DNA from: an uncultured Bacillales bacterium
GTDB lineage: Bacteria; Bacillota_I; Bacilli_A; RFN20; CAG-288
Direction: 5' to 3'
Length of the DNA: 64,000 bases
Assembly (NCBI GenBank): GCA_937874465.1
Contig: CALNAX010000016.1
Coordinates: forward strand, 93,177-157,176
The notes under the pieces were generated by a model that was not told where the DNA came from, did not search any database, and saw nothing but the letters and a program-made list of their open reading frames with translations. Position 1 is the first letter of the stretch; each line of letters opens with the position of its first letter. The position numbers and the translations under genes were made by a program. Shown piece by piece: positions 26,778 through 33,817 of the stretch.

Positions 26778-28157
26778 TCACTCCGATGCTTCGCTGATGA
26801 ATTCGTCGCGGACCTTCAGCGGAAGGTCGGGATCGGCGAATTCCAGCCAGACCCCCTCGCCCCTGAAATCGGATATCGTGAACCTATAGCCATCATAGGT
26901 GATCCTTCTCTTCACCTTGAAGACCTGCCTGTCGATAGCGAATCCAGCGGCGGCCATGTTGTCCAAGAAGTCCTTCTCGCTCCCGAACACCTTGAAGAAA
27001 TCGCCTTCCTTGAGCAAGACATTGATGGGTCTTATCACCTTGCCGTCCCTCCTGGCCTTGGGCGAGCCCTTGTTAACGAGGCTGGAAGGGACATAGGTCT
27101 TGCCCCCATCGGTGGAAAGCTCCCTTAGGCGAAGAAGATTGTTGAAGTCAGAAGGTTCGCCTATGCCGGTGAAATAGATGTCCTTTTGGAAAGTCGTGCT
27201 TAGTAGCTTTGCCTTGTTAAGCATTTCCTGGATGAAGAGAGGATTGGTGACCTTCACCCGATCCTTGGTTAGGTAGAGGTTCCCTTCCCTTAGCTCGGCG
27301 AAGGTCATGTCGTTGTTGAATATGACCATCGCGTTGTCCCGGGAGGGGATTATGGTCTCGTTATAGGACTTTACGATGTTGTGGAAGTACATCCCGATCG
27401 TGTAATAGGAAGGGGAAGAGGTTATCTTGTTGTCCCTGATGACCCGGCGGAGGAACAAAGACTTGGGACTCCCTTCGATGAAGTTGGTCACCGCCATGCC
27501 CCGGTCGAAGCGATCGAGAAGATGGTCCGAAAGGACATAGATGCCTTCCACGATCAGGACCTGGTATTTGCTTCCATCGTAGTGGCTATGGGCGGGGACC
27601 TGTTCGGAGACGACCTTCGAATACTTCTTGCAGCTGACGGTCTTCCCCGCCAGCAAGGCCTTGATGTCCGTCGCGACCGAGGACAGATCGTAGACATCGG
27701 GTTCATCGAAGTTGAGGTGCTTGATCTCCTCGGCGCAGCCATCCAAATATTTGCTGAGATCGGCCGGGGCCAAAAAGCTGGCGAGTTTAGGCTTGATCTG
27801 GTCAAGGCAATCCCTGTCGAATTTCTTGGAAAAGGGGGTCTTCAGCAAGACGCTCTTGACCTCCCTGACCACCTTCTCGCGGTTCGGCAGATCGCCGCCG
27901 AAGTATTTCTCGGCGACCTTGTCGGTAATTATTCCCGATATTCCCTTGTTGTAGTTATCGGTGGAGACCACCAATGCCTTATGCCCATTGCCCTCCAAGA
28001 CCCTCTTGAGGTTCTTGGCGCAGAACGACTTCCCCGACGAGGAAGCACCCCCGATGAATACCACGCAGCGGCTGCTGTGCTCCAAGACTTCCTCGCATAG
28101 GTCCAGATTCATGTATTCCCATTTATCCAAATGGTGGCACTTAAACGGCATTGGCAT
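26778..28157 (-). CDS. uridine-kinase/PRK-family P-loop kinase fused to a C-terminal CYTH-like (CyaB/ThTPase) domain
   Basis: P-loop VVFIGGASSSGKSF and VVSTDNYNKG near the N-terminus. The C-terminal ~170 aa end in KVKRRITYDGYRFTISDFRGEGVWLEFADPD, like the last CYTH strands. The start could be 28157 or 28151 (MPMPF). The track's 28232 start has no RBS. Confidence 0.6.
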   Translation of the reverse strand: MPMPFKCHHLDKWEYMNLDLCEEVLEHSSRCVVFIGGASSSGKSFCAKNLKRVLEGNGHKALVVSTDNYNKGISGIITDKVAEKYFGGDLPNREKVVREVKSVLLKTPFSKKFDRDCLDQIKPKLASFLAPADLSKYLDGCAEEIKHLNFDEPDVYDLSSVATDIKALLAGKTVSCKKYSKVVSEQVPAHSHYDGSKYQVLIVEGIYVLSDHLLDRFDRGMAVTNFIEGSPKSLFLRRVIRDNKITSSPSYYTIGMYFHNIVKSYNETIIPSRDNAMVIFNNDMTFAELREGNLYLTKDRVKVTNPLFIQEMLNKAKLLSTTFQKDIYFTGIGEPSDFNNLLRLRELSTDGGKTYVPSSLVNKGSPKARRDGKVIRPINVLLKEGDFFKVFGSEKDFLDNMAAAGFAIDRQVFKVKRRITYDGYRFTISDFRGEGVWLEFADPDLPLKVRDEFISEASE

Positions 28158-28215
28158 GCTCCTTTCGTCTTTGCATACGTTGATTATACATTCACGGGTA
28201 AGGAAAGGCAGGTAC

Positions 28216-28244
28216 GAAAAAAGGCCCTTCAAAAGGGCCTTTGG
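28216..28244 (-). terminator. rho-independent terminator of hsp20
   Basis: AAGGCCCTT / AAGGGCCTT perfect inverted repeat. The preceding A-run on the plus strand gives a T-run on the minus strand. Confidence 0.7.
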
Positions 28245-28260
28245 CGAAGTGCGACCAACT

Positions 28261-28770
28261 TCAGGCGATGGTGACGATGTTGTTAACGTCTTCGGTCTTC
28301 TTCGCTTCCTTGGGGAAGGTCAAGGTCAAGACGCCGTTGTCCATCTTGGCATGGATGTCGGTTACCTTGAGGTCATCGCCGACATACCAAGAGCGCTGAT
28401 AGGAGCCGACCAAACGCTCCTTTACCACATAATCGCCGCTCTCCTTGCCATTCTCCTTGTTTGTCTCGTCGGTATTGGCGTTGATAGTCAAATAACCATC
28501 ATCTAGGCTCACCTTGATGTTCTTCTTGTCGATGCCGGGGACCTCGACTGTCATCTCGTATTCCTTGCCGTCGTCCTTGATATCGGTCTTCATGATGTCG
28601 TTGAAACGCGGGGCACGGAATGGACGGAACCCGAACCCATCGAAAGCCGGAAGCAAGTCGTCATCGAAACCGAATGGATCGAACAAACTCAGCAAACGCT
28701 TGTTGGAACGGTTGACGCCTTTCTCGTTGACCTGCTGATTCTCAGCTTTTCTCAATTCTTTCTCTGCCAT
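28261..28770 (-). CDS. Hsp20/alpha-crystallin small heat-shock protein
   Basis: Alpha-crystallin domain (EYEMTVEVPGIDKKNIKVSLDDGYLTINA...GVLTLTFPK). Start at MAEKEL with a GGAGG RBS. A CIRCE sits in the promoter and a terminator just downstream. Confidence 0.85.
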   Translation of the reverse strand: MAEKELRKAENQQVNEKGVNRSNKRLLSLFDPFGFDDDLLPAFDGFGFRPFRAPRFNDIMKTDIKDDGKEYEMTVEVPGIDKKNIKVSLDDGYLTINANTDETNKENGKESGDYVVKERLVGSYQRSWYVGDDLKVTDIHAKMDNGVLTLTFPKEAKKTEDVNNIVTIA

Positions 28771-28834
28771 ATTCTCTAGCCTCCTATGCCCTTTCGGCTT
28801 CTTCTCCGAAAGCACTTGTAGTATAGCATGTTTG

Positions 28835-28861
28835 TTAGCACTGTAAAGGGGTGAGTGCTAA
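28835..28861. promoter_or_regulatory. second CIRCE operator, in the divergent hsp20 / lipoprotein intergenic region
   Basis: TTAGCACTG-taaaggggt-GAGTGCTAA (perfect right arm, 1 mismatch in the left). It overlaps the hsp20 -10 region on the minus strand (TGcTATACT, complement of 28820..28828). Confidence 0.8.
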
Positions 28862-28938
28862 TTGCATCAAAACTTATCGGGTGTTCGAAAAAGGCAGTGC
28901 TGATGCTATACTTATCAAAAAGAAAAGGGAAAAACATT

Positions 28939-30894
28939 ATGGTAGGGAAAAATCTCAAGGCTTTCTTGGCAGTTCTCTCCTTAGGCCTGCCCTCTCTCTA
29001 TTCATGCGGTGGGGACATAACCGGTTCCCTGAGCCTGGATTCCCAGGGCGCCGACTATTTGACTTATGCCGATGCTGAGGGCAATACCCAGACGCTTGAT
29101 CCTTCCGATTCAGTCTTCGACCATTCGATAACCTCTTTTCCGACATATGTAGGAACGGCTGGTTCCCAATTGCCGCAAAAGATAAAGACGGCCAAGGCTG
29201 TCAAGGATTGCTATCATTTCTCGGGATGGGGCCAAAAGAGAAGCGACGGTACCATCGGCAAGCCTTTGCTGACCGATTTCTCCACTTCTGCCGTTCCCTT
29301 CTCTGCCGTCACCTATTCCGCGGTTTTTGCCAAAGAGTCATCGGTAACGTTCCAGGCCATCGACACCGAACAGGACATAGCCTCGGTCGTTCTCCAGGGC
29401 GCCGATTACTACTATGGCGTCCTCTTGAATATGGCGGCCTTGGAAAACGTCCTGACCACTTTCAACGCCGAACTTGCCGTTGATTCCCAAACCGGTCAGG
29501 CCGATGGCACCTTTACGGGAATCTACGCCGACGAGGATGGGAGTGGCGATCCCTTGACCAGCATCACGGTTAGCGATGCCCCTACGACCTATTACGTCAA
29601 GTTCTCGGCCTATCCCGAGCTCCGGATCCATTATGGCGGCGTCGTAAGCGATCCTTTGCCTTTGGCTTTGGCGCCTGGCACCTCCCTTGCTGGGTTCGAG
29701 CCCGATGTCTCTTCGCTTGGAATCCCGTCGCACTACAGATTCTCGGGCTGGTATTACGATTCGGACTTGACTTTCGGCTTCGTCTTCGATGACGTGATCT
29801 CGATGGGCGATTCGGATCTGGATGTCTATGCCAAGTTCGAGAAGAAGATCCCCATCGAACTTGATTATGGGGCCGATGAACAACTCGTAGACTCCACGTC
29901 TTTCGATGCGACCAAGGAAGACGATGGGAACGTCTATGTTTGGGAGGGCGAGGCCTTCGACGATTCGATCCTGCCTTCAGTTGAGGCAAGCGGCAAGACC
30001 TTTGAGTTCTGGTATTACGATGCCGATGGGAACGGAGTCTTCGATACGGGAACGGACATCAAGTTCGATGGCTCGAATACCGCAAAGGTGCCGACCGATC
30101 TGGAAAAGCTGGTCCTCGAACCCGAATTCTCCCAATGGGGTGTCCTTTATGTCGACCTGGGCACGGACCAGATCGTTCCTTCGAACAGTCTCGGCCTTGA
30201 ACCGGCGCCCGATCAAGGCCAGGGAGTCTATTCGGTATCCCTGGCCAGCGGGACCGATCTGTCCGCTTACCTCGACGTCTCCAACTACACCGCCCCCAAC
30301 GACTTGAGCATCGATGGGATAAAGGAAGTCACGATCGACGGAACCGTCTCCTCCTCGCCCACGGCTGGGTCAATCACATCCTACACCATGCCTGGTAATG
30401 ACGTCGCGTTCAGGTTAGTGACATCTTCAAGGTACAAAGTCACTCTCAATTGGACAGGAGGCAGTTCGGAAATATACATAAGGCAATCCGATGGCACCAT
30501 ATTCGATTGGTCAGATCTTTCCGCCTATGGGGTGACCGTTCCAGACATTCCGGTAACGGGCCTTGACTATGTAGCAAGGACCCTGAAGGGGTGGAGCGAC
30601 ACCCAAGGCGGTGGCGGCCTTTCCCTTCCCTATACAATAGCCGGCGACGAGAGCCTTTGGGCCGTGTACGCCAACAAGGTCTTGCTCACCTTCCGCGATG
30701 GCGCCGACGGGGTCACCGTGGGGAGTTATGAGGGAGTCGAAGGAGATGAGTTCCCCCTTGCTTCCTATATCAAGACGCTCTATCCCGGTAGGGAAGTGTC
30801 TGGCTTTGTCAGGGAGAGCGATGGGCAGGTCGTCTCCACCATAGACGTCTTCCCAGAGTTCAACGAGACCTACGTACCCCTTTTCACGGATTGA
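28939..30894 (+). CDS. large surface lipoprotein with multiple Listeria-Bacteroides (Flg_new / InlB B-repeat-like) repeats
   Basis: Signal MVGKNLKAFLAVLSLGLPSLYSC. Repeated motifs YHFSGWGQK, HYRFSGWYYDSDLTF, FEFWYYDADGNG and RTLKGWSDTQGG are typical of List_Bact repeats. The track's 28855 start is a GTG inside the CIRCE. Confidence 0.65.
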   Translation: MVGKNLKAFLAVLSLGLPSLYSCGGDITGSLSLDSQGADYLTYADAEGNTQTLDPSDSVFDHSITSFPTYVGTAGSQLPQKIKTAKAVKDCYHFSGWGQKRSDGTIGKPLLTDFSTSAVPFSAVTYSAVFAKESSVTFQAIDTEQDIASVVLQGADYYYGVLLNMAALENVLTTFNAELAVDSQTGQADGTFTGIYADEDGSGDPLTSITVSDAPTTYYVKFSAYPELRIHYGGVVSDPLPLALAPGTSLAGFEPDVSSLGIPSHYRFSGWYYDSDLTFGFVFDDVISMGDSDLDVYAKFEKKIPIELDYGADEQLVDSTSFDATKEDDGNVYVWEGEAFDDSILPSVEASGKTFEFWYYDADGNGVFDTGTDIKFDGSNTAKVPTDLEKLVLEPEFSQWGVLYVDLGTDQIVPSNSLGLEPAPDQGQGVYSVSLASGTDLSAYLDVSNYTAPNDLSIDGIKEVTIDGTVSSSPTAGSITSYTMPGNDVAFRLVTSSRYKVTLNWTGGSSEIYIRQSDGTIFDWSDLSAYGVTVPDIPVTGLDYVARTLKGWSDTQGGGGLSLPYTIAGDESLWAVYANKVLLTFRDGADGVTVGSYEGVEGDEFPLASYIKTLYPGREVSGFVRESDGQVVSTIDVFPEFNETYVPLFTD

Positions 30895-32537
30895 TCGTCG
30901 AAGCAGCTTCCGCCGATGAATTCCCTTATCAGGGAATCGTTGGGGATTAGCCTGGCATCGAGGCTGGGGAAGAAGCCCAGGAATTTCGTGAGCCTTGTCG
31001 CGGTAGGATAGGCTGGACTGTCCTTTGGCACCTTCGCGAGGAGTGGCAAGGCCAGGTCTTTCAAGGCGCAGGTCTCATAGCTCAAGAACGAATTGAAGAC
31101 GAAGTCGGCCTGGTCCTCGAAGGGATAGATGTACTTGAACTCCCCCTCCCTGACGCCTGGCCACATCAAGATGGTCCTTTCGGCGGAAGTCGCCCTAGTA
31201 AGCGAATCCCTGACGATCCGCCTTATCAGGCGATTGTCGGTCAAAGACATTGGATTGTGGTCGTCTATGGCAAGTTGGCCTTGGGGACTTATGAAGACGT
31301 TGAATTTCTCCCTGTCCGGTATCGAGGGGGTCAAGAGGGGATTGAGGGCATGGATTCCCTCCATTATCACCGGTTGGCCGGGCAATGGCTTCACCACGCG
31401 GCTCTTGGTGGCATATCCCCTCGTGAAGTCGAACTCCGGGATGGTGGTGGCTTCCCCCCTGGCCAAGGAGGCCATATCTTTGTCGAACCTCTTCAGATCC
31501 AAGGCATGGACGCTCTCTAAGTCGGGTTTGCCGTCATCCTTATGCGGCGCCAGCCTTTGCGGAAGGTAATAGTCATCGATGGAGATCCTTATGGGCCTGA
31601 GGCCGAAGGACATCAGCCAGGCCCTGAGCTTCTTGGCAAAGGTGGTCTTGGACGAGGAAGAGGGCCCGGCCACGCAGATGAACTTGATGTCGTTGCCTTT
31701 GGCCAGGATCTTCTGGCAAAGGGAGTCGAGCTGACTATCGGCGTAGGCTTCGCTCATCGAGATCAAGGCCACGGGCCCAAAGGTCAACAGGGCCTGATTC
31801 AGCTTGGCGATGGTATCAAGGCCGGCCTCTTGGCTCCACTCGAGGTTCCGCCTCAAGGCCTTGCCATAGTTTTTCTCCTTTGTCAAAGGGGGGATTTGGC
31901 CATCTTGGTCATAGCGCGGATAGCAGAGGGCGATGCCAGGCTTGACCAAGTTAAGGCGGAATCTGGATAGATACCCTGTCGAGGGGACCATGCAGGAATA
32001 AGGGTAGTCGAAATAGTCCTTGCAGTAGTAGAGGTGGACCTGCCTCTCGTCACGGCATGCCAGGGAATCCAGGCGATCCCTTAGGCCCCTCTCCCCATAT
32101 AACGCAAGGGCCTCGTCTTTGGAAAGGGTCTTCTTGACGAAGGGTAGGTCGGCTTTGACAAGTCTCCTCAATTCCACGTTGAGTCTGTCCTTCAACTGCC
32201 GGTCGGCCTTGAAAATCTTCCCGTCGCCTTTCCGGTAGAAGGAGAGGAAAAGGGAACGCGAGACCCCATAGGTGATGACGACTCTAAGCTCGGGTTGGAT
32301 GGCATCCATGGCCATCCCCACCAAGAAGCGGAGGCTGGCTTCGTATATCTTGGTGGCTTCCGGATCATGGCAATCCAAGGGTCGTGCCTGATGTTGTCGA
32401 TCGTCCGTAAGGACATAAGACAGTTCCTTTATTTGGTTGTCGAGACTCACGCAGAAACCAGCGGGTCCCATCAGGCCACTTAGCAATTCTTTTAGTGACT
32501 TGCCCCGTCCCTTAATAATAAAAGCGGAAATGGCCAT
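30870..32537 (-). CDS. long-form uridine kinase (ThrRS-like N-terminal domain plus uridine kinase/PRK P-loop domain)
   Basis: N-terminal ~270 aa, then ICVAGPSSSSKTTFAKKL and RISIDDYYLP (udk-like). Its 3' end overlaps the convergent lipoprotein gene by 25 nt. Confidence 0.65.
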   Translation of the reverse strand: MAISAFIIKGRGKSLKELLSGLMGPAGFCVSLDNQIKELSYVLTDDRQHQARPLDCHDPEATKIYEASLRFLVGMAMDAIQPELRVVITYGVSRSLFLSFYRKGDGKIFKADRQLKDRLNVELRRLVKADLPFVKKTLSKDEALALYGERGLRDRLDSLACRDERQVHLYYCKDYFDYPYSCMVPSTGYLSRFRLNLVKPGIALCYPRYDQDGQIPPLTKEKNYGKALRRNLEWSQEAGLDTIAKLNQALLTFGPVALISMSEAYADSQLDSLCQKILAKGNDIKFICVAGPSSSSKTTFAKKLRAWLMSFGLRPIRISIDDYYLPQRLAPHKDDGKPDLESVHALDLKRFDKDMASLARGEATTIPEFDFTRGYATKSRVVKPLPGQPVIMEGIHALNPLLTPSIPDREKFNVFISPQGQLAIDDHNPMSLTDNRLIRRIVRDSLTRATSAERTILMWPGVREGEFKYIYPFEDQADFVFNSFLSYETCALKDLALPLLAKVPKDSPAYPTATRLTKFLGFFPSLDARLIPNDSLIREFIGGSCFDDQSVKRGT

Positions 32538-32589
32538 GTTCGTCCCTCCTGCATTTGCATACCAAGGTTAGTACAATGGTATAGCCCTT

Positions 32590-32639
32590 ACAAGGTGGTT
32601 GGGGTGTTGAGGAAGCAGGGGACCTTTTCACCACCTTGT
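32590..32639. promoter_or_regulatory. 10-bp perfect inverted repeat ACAAGGTGGT...ACCACCTTGT with a 30-nt loop, just upstream of the greA extended -10 (TGtTATATT)
   Basis: Read directly from the sequence. Located in the udk / greA divergent region. Confidence 0.35.
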
Positions 32640-32698
32640 TTTGGTGTTATATTTTCAAGGCATACGATGGGCAAGGGTGCCATCAAGGAGCGTTTAAT

Positions 32699-33184
32699 AT
32701 GGCTACAACAGATGAAACAAGTGAGCAGATTCTTACCCCCGAAGGCAAGAAGAAGCTGGAGGAGCGCCTTCAGGAGTTGATCAACGTCGAGCGTCCGAAG
32801 AACAAAGAGGAATTGGCGTTGGCCCGTTCGCAAGGCGATCTGTCCGAAAACGCCGATTATGATGCGGCCCGTAACAAGCAGGCGGAGATCGAAGGCGAGA
32901 TATTGGACATTCAGCACAAACTGGATACCTACAAGGTGGTTGGCAAGCAGGCCGGAATCAGCGGCGTGCAGCTCGGATCCGTAGTCACCATCCAGAACCT
33001 CAAGAAGAACGAGACTTTCACCTACAAGGTGGTAGGCTCCTCCGAGGTCAACCTGACTTTGCCAATACCTCAAGTGGCTTCCAATTCCCCCTTGATAAAG
33101 GCCATATTCGGCCACGGCAAAGGCGATGTCGTAGTGATTCCTGTCGCCAAGCCCTACAAGGTCAAGATCATCGAAGTCAAGTAG
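32699..33184 (+). CDS. greA: transcription elongation factor GreA
   Basis: N-terminal coiled-coil LTPEGKKKLEERLQEL...DLSENADYDAA and a C-terminal FKBP-like domain. AAGGAG RBS. Terminator after the stop. Confidence 0.85.
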   Translation: MATTDETSEQILTPEGKKKLEERLQELINVERPKNKEELALARSQGDLSENADYDAARNKQAEIEGEILDIQHKLDTYKVVGKQAGISGVQLGSVVTIQNLKKNETFTYKVVGSSEVNLTLPIPQVASNSPLIKAIFGHGKGDVVVIPVAKPYKVKIIEVK

Positions 33185-33200
33185 ACGCAAATCGGTTGAT

Positions 33201-33223
33201 AGGCCCCCTAGGGGGCTTTTGAT
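33201..33223 (+). terminator. rho-independent terminator after greA
   Basis: GCCCCC-ta-GGGGGC palindrome followed by TTTT. Confidence 0.65.
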
Positions 33224-33273
33224 TTACCTAAAAAAGCCGAATGCCTTCCATAACCTCTACGGAGGTTAGGACA

Positions 33274-33816
33274 ATGTTCAAAGTAATCATCGTGGGGGTC
33301 ATTCTCACGATCGTGGCCCTTTTTGCCATGACCATGATCGATCCTTCCACCAAGTCTGGTTCCGATTCGACAAGCACCAGCTACGTCTCCGTAAACGCCG
33401 ATGGCTCCCAGGATGTCCAAATAGAGGGACAGGTCCTCCATCCAGGCACCTACGGGATGATGGCCGACGATACCCTTGAGGAGCTCATCGCCAAGGCTGG
33501 CGGGGTGACGGAGGAGGCCGATACCGACTCCTATCTCCCCTCCTTGGTAATAGGGGAACGGGACTATTTCTATATCCCGGCCAAGGCTTTGGAATACTGC
33601 GAGCCCACGGAAGGGGAAAAGATCAACATCAACGATACCTCCTGGACTGTCTCGACCTTGAAGGAGGCCTTGGGCGTTTCGACGACCTTGGCGCAGGCCA
33701 TCCTTGACTACATCGCAGCCAATGGCCCTTTCGAGACTTTGGAGGAGCTTAAGGAAGTCAAGGGAATCGGAGAAGCCACCTACAAGCAATTGCGCGACAA
33801 GGTGGTCCTGAAATGA
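33274..33816 (+). CDS. comEA: competence protein ComEA (membrane-anchored helix-hairpin-helix DNA receptor)
   Basis: N-terminal TM MFKVIIVGVILTIVALFAM, and C-terminal tandem HhH LEELKEVKGIGEATYKQL. GGAGG RBS. Confidence 0.75.
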   Translation: MFKVIIVGVILTIVALFAMTMIDPSTKSGSDSTSTSYVSVNADGSQDVQIEGQVLHPGTYGMMADDTLEELIAKAGGVTEEADTDSYLPSLVIGERDYFYIPAKALEYCEPTEGEKININDTSWTVSTLKEALGVSTTLAQAILDYIAANGPFETLEELKEVKGIGEATYKQLRDKVVLK

Positions 33817-33817
33817 C

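Noticed and set aside
28771-28815. Hairpin CTTTCGG-agaagaag-CCGAAAG in the hsp20 5' leader, considered as an RNA thermometer
   Set aside because: The stem lies 5' of, and does not pair with, the AGGAGG Shine-Dalgarno. No anti-SD (CCUCC/UUCCU) stretch is present. Heat control is explained by the CIRCE instead.
28855-28938. GTG-initiated 28-codon extension at the front of the lipoprotein ORF
   Set aside because: It starts inside the CIRCE palindrome and has no RBS. The ATG at 28939 begins a canonical lipoprotein signal peptide.
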